A DNA stretch of 60,345 nucleotides from an uncultured virus (IMG/VR IMGVR_UViG_3300031673_013668) (IMGVR_UViG_3300031673_013668), one strand, 5' to 3'. Shown: positions 6,913-17,380, counted from the stretch's first letter. A program made the numbers and translations. Notes: a model not told the origin generated them from the sequence alone.

Positions 6913-8694
6913 ATGTTTTGTACTATGTTTCATAAATCTCATAGGTCAAAAAGAAAGGTTATTAAAACAAAGAAAAGATTTATTAAGTCCTCTATTTTCT
7001 TGATTTTAATTGAATATTTATACATACTCACATGCTTAAGGACTAGTATTTATGATACATTCCTTTTACAAATCCCAATTCTCTTTTTCTATTACAAAAT
7101 CAATTTCATAAAGAAAAGAAAGCGTAAAGGTGTATATTTACTTTTCTTATTTATATTGCCTTATACTTCATTTTTAATTGAAGATAAAATCACAATTACC
7201 TCTAAGAAACAAGATCTAAATTACACATTCTGGGTTGAATCATATAACATACCTTATGAGGATGAATTAATCAAATTAAAAAGTAAAAATGTTGATTTTT
7301 TAATTCCAATAAGCACAAGCACATTAAATGATATTGGCTTTTTTTATGGAGGAAATGAAAGTTTCTCTTATGAAGATGTTGGAGAAGAAGAAAACATAAA
7401 ATGGGTTGATTCAAAATATATTTATGGAAATTGTAGTATTAAGATTGTTAAAGAATATGAAAATCATGGAAATGTATTAGAGATTCAGGATAAAGATTTA
7501 AAAAGCTATTGTATAATAAGACATAATTATAATTATAGTTTAATAAATAAAACAATAGAGTTTTGGATTGGTTCAACTGGTGGGTGTTCTGCTGTTGTAT
7601 CGTTTGGTAATTCTGAAAGGGAAATTGAATCATTAGCTTTTACAAGCAAGAATATTTGGAAAAGAATAAATATAACAGATTGGGATGTTGTTTTCAATGG
7701 TGTGGATTCTTATAAAAAATTATTACATATTAAAATTCTTTTTAGTAATTATTATTTTAATATATATTTAGAAAACATTTATTTAGGTACATCTAAATAT
7801 AGTTGCTTGTTTGATAATTATACATTTAATAACATTACTTATATGAGCTTATCTACGTTTAGCTTTCAAGAAAGCTGTATTTATTTTGATGCCATTGGCA
7901 CCACTGGTGATATAAGTTATAAAGAAGGACAAAATCTACATCCCTATAAATCAATTATTGACAATGATTATCCACAGTTCCAACGACTAAATGATATAGG
8001 AATTAAATATTCCTTATGTTTGATGGTTAATGATTATGCTTTTTTAGATAATGGTGAAACATTATTGTCATTATTAAAAAGCATTAGAAATTATGATTTT
8101 TACAAAACTGCTTCAGAAATTTTCATAGATGCTGAGATTTCTAAAGAAATTAGAGAAAAATTTACATTAAATACAATTCCATCAAATAATAAATATAGAG
8201 ATGGTTTAGAAATCTACAATGATATAAAAGAGATTATTAAAGAAGATGGCAAAGAATTTGGGATAATTAGAGGTCCAACAGCACCAGGGAATATTAATAA
8301 AGCAACAAGGAATGTTCCTTTTGATGAACTGGGTTTTGATTTAAGTGTGATTATGCTTTATAGAACATATGAAAATATCTATCAAAAAAACTCAGATTAT
8401 TGGTTTTATCAATCTGTTAAAAAAGAAAAGGGAAACATCTTTATCGGAAGTCTTAAGAAAGGTTATTCTGATTTGAGAAAAGACCTAACAATATGTAGTT
8501 CTCTTGGAAAAGAAAGAATATTTATATATGAATATGAGAGTTTTTCAGATAAATATAGCCTAGATGATTTAAAACCATACAAAAGAAGCATAACCATACA
8601 AAAGAAGTGTGAAAATTATGAGTATTTTATAAAATTCCTTGGTTTAGAGTGCTTAAACTTCCTTTTACTTTTTCACTTCATATATACAAATTAG
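6913..8694 (+). CDS. Membrane protein with ConA-like insert and glycoside-hydrolase-like domain; paralog of 9372-11102
   Basis: TM segments at both ends; IDAE, FDLSVIMLYRT and IFIG motifs shared with 9372. Confidence 0.55.
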   Translation: MFCTMFHKSHRSKRKVIKTKKRFIKSSIFLILIEYLYILTCLRTSIYDTFLLQIPILFFYYKINFIKKRKRKGVYLLFLFILPYTSFLIEDKITITSKKQDLNYTFWVESYNIPYEDELIKLKSKNVDFLIPISTSTLNDIGFFYGGNESFSYEDVGEEENIKWVDSKYIYGNCSIKIVKEYENHGNVLEIQDKDLKSYCIIRHNYNYSLINKTIEFWIGSTGGCSAVVSFGNSEREIESLAFTSKNIWKRINITDWDVVFNGVDSYKKLLHIKILFSNYYFNIYLENIYLGTSKYSCLFDNYTFNNITYMSLSTFSFQESCIYFDAIGTTGDISYKEGQNLHPYKSIIDNDYPQFQRLNDIGIKYSLCLMVNDYAFLDNGETLLSLLKSIRNYDFYKTASEIFIDAEISKEIREKFTLNTIPSNNKYRDGLEIYNDIKEIIKEDGKEFGIIRGPTAPGNINKATRNVPFDELGFDLSVIMLYRTYENIYQKNSDYWFYQSVKKEKGNIFIGSLKKGYSDLRKDLTICSSLGKERIFIYEYESFSDKYSLDDLKPYKRSITIQKKCENYEYFIKFLGLECLNFLLLFHFIYTN

Positions 8695-8700
8695 CGATAA

Positions 8701-8743
8701 ATTATACACTTCTAATAGACTTTTCTAACATTCATTTTTTATA
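8701..8743 (+). promoter_or_regulatory. 43-bp conserved promoter element, copy 2
   Basis: ATTATACACTTCTAATAGACTTTTCTAACAT...TTTATA. Confidence 0.85.
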
Positions 8744-8790
8744 GGTTTAATCGTCTATTTTAAAATAAGAATTAGAAAAAGTGTTTTTTT

Positions 8791-9345
8791 ATGGGTTGGA
8801 TCAAATCTCTGTTTAAAAATACGGTATTTCAGATAGTGTGTCAGGTAATTTTAATTTTTTCAGGCTTTATTATGATTGCGCTTCAGGTTAATATGCAATA
8901 TTTTGAGATGGGGAGTAATCCATGGAATGCAAGGCTCTATGGGATTATAGGAACATTTTTAATCTCAATCGGGACCTCAGTCGTGGGTTCTGAACTTATG
9001 ATGAGTCTTAAGCGCTTTTTAATAACTACAGCGATATTATTTGGGTGTTGGACTTTCGTAGGAGGCTTTTTTGTCTTGAATGATATATCAGCAGGGACAA
9101 ATTATACGAAGGGTAATCTCTGGGTGGGGTTCGATGCCTTAAGTGGGACACTTCAGGGAGCTAGTGTTATCACAAATGCAGTATTTATTTTATTGATAAT
9201 CGGGATACTTATTACTGCAGTTCTATTTATCGTACTGAGATATAAGGATAAGGGGTCTCGTATTACAACCATTATTTTAATAATTTCAGCAATAGTTTTG
9301 AGTTGCATCTATTTTTTTATGAGAGCAGGGGTTATATTATTTTAA
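8791..9345 (+). CDS. Multi-pass membrane protein, candidate virion envelope protein; paralog of 11245-11805
   Basis: MGSNPWNARLY and NYTKGNLWVGFDAL shared with 11245. Confidence 0.65.
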   Translation: MGWIKSLFKNTVFQIVCQVILIFSGFIMIALQVNMQYFEMGSNPWNARLYGIIGTFLISIGTSVVGSELMMSLKRFLITTAILFGCWTFVGGFFVLNDISAGTNYTKGNLWVGFDALSGTLQGASVITNAVFILLIIGILITAVLFIVLRYKDKGSRITTIILIISAIVLSCIYFFMRAGVILF

Positions 9346-9371
9346 ATGTAGAATAGGGGTTATTTTATAGA

Positions 9372-11102
9372 ATGCTAGATAAAAGCTTTTGTAATAAGAT
9401 TCTTTTGGTGGGGCTTCTTACATTCTATTTTTTCATGTTTGAATTAGCGTTTATTGTAGTGTTGATGAGATCTTTATTAGTGTTGAGTATTTTAGAAATA
9501 CTTCTCTGCCAAATCTTATCAATCTCGCTTTATACATTCCTCTTTTATGTATCTTATACAAAACGGATCTGGCGCATAAATCTTTCTATATTCTTTAGCA
9601 TCCTTTCTTTAGTTGCCCTTTTGATATTTGTTTTATTTCATATACCTCATATAATAGAGGTCATTCTGTCTTTAGCGCTTATTTTAGCAGTCATAGTTTT
9701 TATAATTATAAAGGTAATTATAAAATCGCATTTATGGGCTCTTATTTTAAAAATAATAATTATTTCATTATTCTGTATTTTAGCATATTTCTTTTTAAGC
9801 ACCCAATTCTTTATCTCGAAAGTAATTTTCTTAAGTTCTGCAATAGGTTCTGTTATAGCCTTATTCTATTCCATCAAAACATTTAACACTCCTTCAATAA
9901 AACCTCTTAATCTTAAATTATATTTCAAATTAGCATTAGTGTCAATCCCTTTAATAAGTGCATCTTTTTTATTTTTTCCAATCAAATCTGTAGAAATTGA
10001 TCCTGATGGAGAACCTGAATTAGTATTTTGGTCAGATCCTTTCTCATTACCACGTTCAAATACTACATTACAAACATGTGCTCAAAATGGGATCACATTT
10101 ACAGTTGTATTAAGAACATCCTTTATTGATAGTGTTGATGAGAGAACCACGGTAGCCTCACGAATTCAGAACTTAATTGATGCGGGATTGAGATTTCATA
10201 TAACTATTGGGGGCCCTTCAGGTGACTTTTATTGCCATATAGATAATGCCGACACTTTTCTTGAAGAATTCAAAATCATCAGGGCATTTTTATTAAATTA
10301 TAGTCTTTATGCATATATAGATTCTATTAATGTAGATGCCGAATCTCCAGGAGATTATTTTAAACAATTTGAAACCGAAGGATATTCTACTGCCGGACAG
10401 TATTATGTTAAGAGTTTACCTTCTGAACGTGATATAGAAAAAGCAGAAGAGGGGCTGAAAGAGTTCTTAGAATTAATTCATGCTGATGGGAAGGATGCTG
10501 GCATTATTATGAACCCTATTTATCTCGATGAGGAAGATGGAGACTCAGATCAGGCACAACTCCAAAAAACTATTTATGGGCTTGATTTAGATTTTGACTA
10601 TAGCGTCACGATGCTATACCGGACGCAACGAGTCCCAAGCGTTTTTGACTATGCTCTTTTAGGGTTGAAAGATTATCATTATCTTAATGATTATGAAATT
10701 GACTACTATAAATATGAGAAAGAAGATCGTTATTTAATGCCTCTCTCCGAGTTTTATTATAAAGTCTCTTTAGAAATGTCAGGCAGTCCCGTTGGTGTAA
10801 AGGGGAATGAGCGTTACATTTTTATAGGCAACTTTCATAGCAGAAATAAATATACCTCTTATATAAAAGATAAAGAGTATAAAAAAGATTTAGATATTTG
10901 TAAGCATTTTGAGATCGAAAAGGTTTTTCTTTATGAATGGTCATCATTTATAAGTCGATATGGTGAGGAAGAACTAGAAAAACTCGGTTCTCATAATCAG
11001 CATAATAAAAAATGGGTTCTTACCTTTCCGAGTTATTCTTTATACCGAGAGCTTGCTTATGTGCTTATCATCGTGATGTGTGATCGCTTCCTCTATCTTT
11101 AG
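9372..11102 (+). CDS. Multi-TM protein with soluble glycoside-hydrolase-like domain
   Basis: About 7 N-terminal TMs; NVDAES, FDYSVTMLYRT. Confidence 0.55.
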   Translation: MLDKSFCNKILLVGLLTFYFFMFELAFIVVLMRSLLVLSILEILLCQILSISLYTFLFYVSYTKRIWRINLSIFFSILSLVALLIFVLFHIPHIIEVILSLALILAVIVFIIIKVIIKSHLWALILKIIIISLFCILAYFFLSTQFFISKVIFLSSAIGSVIALFYSIKTFNTPSIKPLNLKLYFKLALVSIPLISASFLFFPIKSVEIDPDGEPELVFWSDPFSLPRSNTTLQTCAQNGITFTVVLRTSFIDSVDERTTVASRIQNLIDAGLRFHITIGGPSGDFYCHIDNADTFLEEFKIIRAFLLNYSLYAYIDSINVDAESPGDYFKQFETEGYSTAGQYYVKSLPSERDIEKAEEGLKEFLELIHADGKDAGIIMNPIYLDEEDGDSDQAQLQKTIYGLDLDFDYSVTMLYRTQRVPSVFDYALLGLKDYHYLNDYEIDYYKYEKEDRYLMPLSEFYYKVSLEMSGSPVGVKGNERYIFIGNFHSRNKYTSYIKDKEYKKDLDICKHFEIEKVFLYEWSSFISRYGEEELEKLGSHNQHNKKWVLTFPSYSLYRELAYVLIIVMCDRFLYL

Positions 11103-11142
11103 TTTTAAAAAAAATCGCTTTTTCTAGTTAAACCTTTCTTAT

Positions 11143-11185
11143 ATTATACACTTCTAATAGACTTTTCTAACATGACTCTTAAATA
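11143..11185 (+). promoter_or_regulatory. 43-bp conserved promoter element, copy 3
   Basis: ATTATACACTTCTAATAGACTTTTCTAACATGACTCTTAAATA. Confidence 0.9.
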
Positions 11186-11244
11186 GTGTTAATTCTATTT
11201 TTAGTCAATATAAATATATTTATATAAATGAGGTTAAAAAAACA

Positions 11245-11805
11245 ATGGTCATGGAATTATTAGCAAATAAATGGATTAAAAGGCTTATTATGGCATTAAC
11301 CTGTATTTTAGGATTATTTCTTTTATTCGAGCAAAGCGTAAACCGTCTTTTTTCAATGGGTACTAATCCTTGGAATGCGAGAGTCTATGCGATTATAGCA
11401 ATAGGGATCATTGCCATTGGCTATGCATGGATTGAATATCCTAATAAAAAGAATATGTTCATCAAATTCACTGTAATGTTCGGGATCTCATTCGGGATCG
11501 TCTTAGTGGTTGGAGGGTTATATTTAGGTAATGATATGGCTACAGGATCAAATTATACTGGAGGCAATATCTGGGTAGGATTTGATGCATTGGAGTCATT
11601 AGAAGGTGTTGGAAAAGCAGCAGTTCTTATTGCAAATGCCGCAGTTATTTTAGTGCCCCTTGGCATACTTAGTGCGACCGTCATGATGATCTTCTATTCT
11701 GATACGACTGACGACCTTATGAGCGTCATTATAGAAGGCGGGCTCTCATTCGGGTTTATGGCATTATACGGTATCTTAGGATCTATGTTCGGGTGGCTTC
11801 CTTAA
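11245..11805 (+). CDS. Multi-pass membrane protein, candidate major envelope protein
   Basis: MGTNPWNARVY, NYTGGNIWVGFDAL; GAGG SD; directly downstream of the promoter element. Confidence 0.65.
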   Translation: MVMELLANKWIKRLIMALTCILGLFLLFEQSVNRLFSMGTNPWNARVYAIIAIGIIAIGYAWIEYPNKKNMFIKFTVMFGISFGIVLVVGGLYLGNDMATGSNYTGGNIWVGFDALESLEGVGKAAVLIANAAVILVPLGILSATVMMIFYSDTTDDLMSVIIEGGLSFGFMALYGILGSMFGWLP

Positions 11806-11907
11806 GCTTAACTCATAAAATAAGTCTTGGTATCTATCATGCACTAAAAAGCCTTTTTTTTCTATAAAATTCAATAAAATAAAGAAAGTAATTGAAATTG
11901 AGATCAC

Positions 11908-13764
11908 ATGTTAAAGAAGCCAGCATTATTGGAGCCTGCATTAGAGTTCGGAGCATCGAGGCGAGAATTGGTTTTGATGTATGGCTCTGCACTATTTGGG
12001 ATCATAGGTTATTTCTTCTTTCCTAGTTGGTTAAAATTCTTAGCCTTTTTTCTTCCTATTATTGTATTATGCTGGGTCTATAAAAGCAGAAACGATCTCT
12101 TTAATCAGAATTTATTCATAATTTTAGGTATTATTTTTTTTTTACTTCCTTGTAGTTATATTACATTTGACGCATCAACCAATTATAGTGTTGATATGCT
12201 CAATTTTATCATGCCTGTAGTCGATATTTTTTCACTCTTAATCTTTGTAGGGCTTCCTGTCTTTTTATTTGTGTGTGCGATTATCGCAATCATAAGAGGC
12301 AACATTGGAGGCGCTACAAATGCGATTACAAAATTAATCATTATTATCATTTTCGTAACCTTAGCAATCTATATTTTTAATATTATAGGGATTTCGATCC
12401 CTGGAGTAACAGGAGGCGTATTCAGACTCTATAGTATTATGATCAGTATTATCGTTCAGATCCCTTTAGTGATCATAGAAGCAATTAATTGGATTATCAA
12501 ATTTCTTAATGTGTTTATTTTAGCGATCACTGGTGTAATGAAATGGTTTGGTGTAGAGACCACATTTGATAAAATACCATCTATAGAACTTCCTCGGGAG
12601 ATTGAAGGCGCTTTTTCTTCGTTCAAGGGCATTTACAGCTTTGATATCGCAGCAGAGAGATTCGATAATATGACCCATACAGAGCGAGTCTTTGCAGTCC
12701 ATAATTCGCTTCCTTTATTAATTTCTATTCTCTGTATAGCGTTTGCGATCTTCTCTTCTCGAAAAAAATGGCATGCGAGAATTACTGATGTTTTTACTAA
12801 ATTAGATTATGAAGAGAAAGAAAAAGAACGATTCTTTTTTCCTAATATGGATTATACACTCATTATTTATATCGTTATCATCCTTATCGCAGCATTTGGA
12901 ATTTATCTTACCTATGTAAATGCTTTCAAAAAAGAAGGAGCCCTTGCCTATGAAATGTTTAAAGTCTTAGGTTTCTTCTCAATTTATTTATTCTTATCAA
13001 TTATCCCCCTCATCTTATTAAACTTTTCCGGACTCGCATATTATAAAAAAGCCAAAATAGGAGACTCCATCAAAGGCACTCTTATAGGACTCATTATCTT
13101 ATTCATTGTTTTTCAGGTTATGAACTCTGGGACTACTATGTCTGCTATGGCTCTCGAAAACCATTCAGGAGAGATCCTCTATATCCTCCAGACCTTCATC
13201 TTCGTTGCCCCCTCTGAATCTCTCATGTTCCATGTTTTCATTCCTGCCCTTGTCATGGGAATGATCGCAAGTTACTCCGGAAAAAAAGTATTTCAACTAC
13301 AAGGGCTCTCAGTCACAGAACGCTTAGTCCTCAAAAGCGCTGAGATCATGGCGAAACAAGAAACCGTAAGCATTTATGAAAATTTAGGCTATAAAAAGAA
13401 AGTTGCTAGAGAAAGAGCAAAACTCAATAAACTCAACCAAGAAAGAACTGAAATCGTAAAAGAAATTACCGACATTGTAAGTGTCTATGAGGAAACTATA
13501 TTTGGCAGACCAGCAAGCGTCATCATTCTCATCATCTTTGGGATGATCCTCCCAAGCTTCGTGTTCGCATCCTTCCACTTCTTTACCTCCGGACTTGATG
13601 ACTATGTACTTTTTTGGACATCAGGCTTAGGAACAATATACTTCACAGGCGGATGCGTTTTTATATACTTGAATCTGCGTTACGGGTGGCTCTCCGCAGT
13701 CTTGGCACATGCGGCGTGGAACACATGGACAATCATCCTCGTTGTATTCCTCACTGTGGGATAA
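11908..13764 (+). CDS. Large multi-TM protein with C-terminal CPBP/Abi (type II CAAX) intramembrane protease domain
   Basis: APSESLMFH (variant motif 1), FASFH (FxxxH), AHAAWN (HxxxN). Confidence 0.7.
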   Translation: MLKKPALLEPALEFGASRRELVLMYGSALFGIIGYFFFPSWLKFLAFFLPIIVLCWVYKSRNDLFNQNLFIILGIIFFLLPCSYITFDASTNYSVDMLNFIMPVVDIFSLLIFVGLPVFLFVCAIIAIIRGNIGGATNAITKLIIIIIFVTLAIYIFNIIGISIPGVTGGVFRLYSIMISIIVQIPLVIIEAINWIIKFLNVFILAITGVMKWFGVETTFDKIPSIELPREIEGAFSSFKGIYSFDIAAERFDNMTHTERVFAVHNSLPLLISILCIAFAIFSSRKKWHARITDVFTKLDYEEKEKERFFFPNMDYTLIIYIVIILIAAFGIYLTYVNAFKKEGALAYEMFKVLGFFSIYLFLSIIPLILLNFSGLAYYKKAKIGDSIKGTLIGLIILFIVFQVMNSGTTMSAMALENHSGEILYILQTFIFVAPSESLMFHVFIPALVMGMIASYSGKKVFQLQGLSVTERLVLKSAEIMAKQETVSIYENLGYKKKVARERAKLNKLNQERTEIVKEITDIVSVYEETIFGRPASVIILIIFGMILPSFVFASFHFFTSGLDDYVLFWTSGLGTIYFTGGCVFIYLNLRYGWLSAVLAHAAWNTWTIILVVFLTVG

Positions 13765-13950
13765 TATAATTAATCTTATTTAATATTTATTTTTATAAAA
13801 TCATCTATTTTTAAGAATATTTAAATAGATCTTTGCAAGAAGATAATATTATATTTATATAATTTATAATATTAATAAATAATATTCAATATTAAGGAAA
13901 AAAAATCAATTTCTTTTTTATTTAAGGAAAAGAGATAAGGATGAGAATAG

Positions 13951-14679
13951 ATGGAGTTAGAGGCTAAAAAGATCAAGAAAATAAAAATTGAGGAGATCTC
14001 TAAAGAACATTTTGGAGATCGAGTATGTTTAGATTTTAATAGTTTATTGGGAGAAAATGAAGGTTTATTGGTGGGAAACTATAGCAGAGGGTTGTTTCTT
14101 ATTAATAATGAAAAAGCTCCTGAAGCGCAAAAATATGAAATTGAGGAGAGACCTTTTAGGGTTAATGCGGGAGTCGTTTCTGCGTATGTGTATATGCCTA
14201 ACGGTAAAACAAAATATCTTTCCGAGCTTAGGACAGGGGACAAAGTATTAATAATAAATCCCAAAGGTCATGCGAGGGAAGTTGAGATCACAAGACTTAA
14301 AATAGAAACAAGACCTATGACCTTAATAAGAGGAACAAGCATCTATGATAAGGAGATCCCTCTTGAGACTGAAAGAGATCTTACCTATTTTAAAACATAT
14401 CGAGAAATATTTAAATGGTACGACCCACACACGATGGATCCTATATTAAAAGTTCAGGACGTGGAGTCTTATATCGGAAAAAAGCTTCATGTCAAAATGG
14501 ATATCTCAACATACGTTCAAACCGCAGAAACGGTTAGATTAGTAAAAGCCCCGGAGGAGAAACCGATCTCTATAACAGACCTTGAATTAGGAATGGAAGT
14601 CTATGCCTATATTATAAATCCTACCTTAAGAGGGCGCCATTTCGGAACCGAATATGAAGGGTTCTGCCTAGAAGTCTAA
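13951..14679 (+). CDS. 3-dehydroquinate synthase II (AroB'-like) C-terminal domain only
   Basis: GDRVCLD, EGLLVG, RPFRVNAG, TKYLSEL, KIETRPM, QTAETVRL, RHFG. Confidence 0.8.
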   Translation: MELEAKKIKKIKIEEISKEHFGDRVCLDFNSLLGENEGLLVGNYSRGLFLINNEKAPEAQKYEIEERPFRVNAGVVSAYVYMPNGKTKYLSELRTGDKVLIINPKGHAREVEITRLKIETRPMTLIRGTSIYDKEIPLETERDLTYFKTYREIFKWYDPHTMDPILKVQDVESYIGKKLHVKMDISTYVQTAETVRLVKAPEEKPISITDLELGMEVYAYIINPTLRGRHFGTEYEGFCLEV

Positions 14680-14847
14680 GAAATACGTTTTTTATTCTTT
14701 TTCTTATTATCTTTATTTTTATCTTGCATTGCTACTAAAAGAAAAAAAATATTTATGATACTATTTTCATAAGCTTGTATTGTATTTTTATTAGGGGACA
14801 TATTGTCTATTAATTATCCCGAAAATCGGGACAAATTAATAATATAA

Positions 14848-15018
14848 TTAGGATTCATTTTCTCCAAATCTTACTCCATATTTTGTAAGATGCAATCGAA
14901 TTGCCTCTTTGATGAATTCAGCTCTGCTGGAATATCCATACTCTTTATTATCTACTATCTCATCAATTTTCTTCACAAATGATTTTGGTAATGAAATGCT
15001 AGAATAATCCTCAGTCAT
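14848..15018 (-). CDS. Ribbon-helix-helix regulator (56 aa), not in the ORF track
   Basis: MTEDYSSISLPKSFVKKIDEIVDNKEYGYSSRAEFIKEAIR. Confidence 0.8.
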   Translation of the reverse strand: MTEDYSSISLPKSFVKKIDEIVDNKEYGYSSRAEFIKEAIRLHLTKYGVRFGENES

Positions 15019-15171
15019 ACATAATATATATATACCCTAAAGTTAAATAATTCTATTATAATTTTAGAGTTAGTTTATATATAGCGCAGAGGTGACGTAA
15101 GATTTAAATACTTCTTCTTCTTTATTTAATTCATACATCAATTATAAATCAATTATATATGGTCGATCAAA

Positions 15172-15384
15172 ATGACAAAATATGCTACGATATCCCTCCC
15201 TAAGAAGTTTATTCAAAAGATCAATGCCGTTATTATAGAAAATCCTGAGGCTGGCTATTCTAGCGTAGCTGAATTCGCAAGGGATGCAATAAGATCCCTT
15301 CTAAGAGAAATTGATAGTAAAAAAAAGGATTCAAGACCCTCTCCAGAAGTGCCCATCATTATTGAGGAGGATTTAAATGAGTAA
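15172..15384 (+). CDS. Ribbon-helix-helix regulator
   Basis: YATISLPKKFIQKI...GYSSVAEFARDAIR. Confidence 0.85.
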   Translation: MTKYATISLPKKFIQKINAVIIENPEAGYSSVAEFARDAIRSLLREIDSKKKDSRPSPEVPIIIEEDLNE

Positions 15385-16342
15385 GAAAACTAAACAAGGA
15401 TCCATTCAACAATTTGGAACATTAGAACGCTTTCTTACTCCACTTGTTGAGAGATTTTCATATAAGCCCGATAAAGATTTTGCTCGTTATAGCTTTGGTC
15501 TCTTTAATGAACACGAAATATTTTATTATGCTATAAATAAAGAGATGTGTTTTACTTTAGATGAATTTGCAAAATATATAATTATCCCATATAATACCGT
15601 TGCAAGGGCATTTAAAAGAATGACTTTGAAAAAATTTGGAGATGAATCATATCAATTTATTGAAGGAAAAGATTATTTTAAGGAGCTTAGAAGTAATTTT
15701 GGATCGATGGACAATTTGTCCATCGATAGTAAAGGGGATAAAAACATTATTTTCCTCACATTTTTGGGAACTTGGAAATTATTACCTACTTTTAGAAATG
15801 ATATCCCAATCAAATTATATCATTGGTTTGGGGAGAAACTTTATTTGTTAATGAAATCAAATCAATTAATTTCAGGAGAATTCTTCTTTACAAATAAAAT
15901 AGGTACTTTGGTTCACCAAATTATTGGAGATAAAAAAAGGTGTTTTGTTGATGAAAAAGGATATATGTATTCTTCAAAAGGAGAGATGTTAATTGCTAAA
16001 ACTCTGAGGCAAATTAATATTGATTTTCAATATAATGCGCCCATTAATTTACCAAATTGGCTTATTACTAAATTACGGAAAGATTTTCCTAAAGAAATCT
16101 TACTTAAAGCAGGATGGATGACTATTCCTTCATATATTACTTCTGATTTTTTATTAAGAATAATCCCTAAAACAGTTATTGAATATTGGGGGATAGAAGA
16201 TTCATCTTCTTATAATGCTAAAAGGGAAATAAAAGAATTTATTTATCGTGAGATAGAAATTCGATGCATTCCAATTGAAGCCCACGAAGACCATAATATT
16301 CCGATTTTAAAGAAAAATTTACTTAAAAAATTAGAAAATTAA
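15377..16342 (+). CDS. Antirepressor-like (Bro-N/KilA/ORF6N-like) N-terminus fused to a PD-(D/E)XK-like nuclease; paralog of 46176-47129
   Basis: FIEGKDYF and IFLTFLG N-terminal pattern; SKGEMLIA...SDFLL...VIEYWG C-terminal pattern. Confidence 0.55.
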   Translation: MSKKTKQGSIQQFGTLERFLTPLVERFSYKPDKDFARYSFGLFNEHEIFYYAINKEMCFTLDEFAKYIIIPYNTVARAFKRMTLKKFGDESYQFIEGKDYFKELRSNFGSMDNLSIDSKGDKNIIFLTFLGTWKLLPTFRNDIPIKLYHWFGEKLYLLMKSNQLISGEFFFTNKIGTLVHQIIGDKKRCFVDEKGYMYSSKGEMLIAKTLRQINIDFQYNAPINLPNWLITKLRKDFPKEILLKAGWMTIPSYITSDFLLRIIPKTVIEYWGIEDSSSYNAKREIKEFIYREIEIRCIPIEAHEDHNIPILKKNLLKKLEN

Positions 16343-16373
16343 AGAAGAAATTAAAAACAATAAATAAAAAGAG

Positions 16374-16676
16374 ATGAGCAAAATGAATGAAATAGAATGC
16401 GAAACAATCGAAATAAAAATACCAAAAGCTCTATTACCACTTCTTGAATGCTTGAAAACAGTCTCAGGGCAAGATACAAAATCCCTCTTAACCGAGATGA
16501 TACGCTCAGAATTAAAATCAATCTTCGAGCAACCGTATCATATTATAGATTATCTTGATCAAGCGAAATGCGCTATATTCCTTGAATTTGAAAAAGGGTT
16601 AGAGCAATGGGATGTTATAAAACAAGAGCAAGAAAAAGATCATACACAAGAAGAAAAAATATATGTGCATACATAG
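16374..16676 (+). CDS. RHH-like protein
   Basis: TIEIKIPKALLPLLECLK beta-helix-helix pattern. Confidence 0.5.
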   Translation: MSKMNEIECETIEIKIPKALLPLLECLKTVSGQDTKSLLTEMIRSELKSIFEQPYHIIDYLDQAKCAIFLEFEKGLEQWDVIKQEQEKDHTQEEKIYVHT

Positions 16677-16801
16677 TTTTCTTCCCTTCTTGTTCTGATC
16701 TCTAAATTAAATATTTTTTTTCTTTTATTAATGTTCTTAAAAATATGATGACAAAAAAATTAAATACTCAAAAATATAATAAAATAGTGGTGATGACAAA
16801 A

Positions 16802-17380
16802 ATGAGAAAAATAAACTTTCTTTTACAAATTATATATTTTATCTTTTTAATTATTTTATTCACATTCTTACATGAATTAGGTCATTTTATTATGTTAAAC
16901 TTCTTAGGTATCAAATCAAAGATTTATCTTAATTTATTTGAACCAAAGGTAATTGGTAGATTTCATAAAAGAAACCCTAATAAAAATTATATTAGATTAG
17001 TAGCAGTGAGTGGATCTTTGTTTGAATTGCCTTTTACAATAATATTTCTGATTTTAGGAAGATACAAAAAACAATTCGGGATGTACTTTTCGTCATGGAT
17101 TAAATTATTATCTAATATTTGGTATTGGGCAATATCACCAATTTACAAATATGGAGATGCATATATATTTTTAAAGATGACACCATCTCTTAATTATACG
17201 ATATTCACATTATTATTTATTCTATTTGGGATCATTACATTTATATTGTTTATAATAGACTTTGATATATATTATCAAGAATATTTAAGATTGAACAAGT
17301 TAATCAGAATTGAAAAAACAAACTATAAAGAGGCACAGTCAAGATTTGATTTTAACTTATGGGATGAAATCGTTATTTAA
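16802..17380 (+). CDS. M50-like membrane zinc metallopeptidase
   Basis: FLHELGH (HExxH), VAVSG, YGDA; several TMs; start could be 16745-16802. Confidence 0.7.
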   Translation: MRKINFLLQIIYFIFLIILFTFLHELGHFIMLNFLGIKSKIYLNLFEPKVIGRFHKRNPNKNYIRLVAVSGSLFELPFTIIFLILGRYKKQFGMYFSSWIKLLSNIWYWAISPIYKYGDAYIFLKMTPSLNYTIFTLLFILFGIITFILFIIDFDIYYQEYLRLNKLIRIEKTNYKEAQSRFDFNLWDEIVI

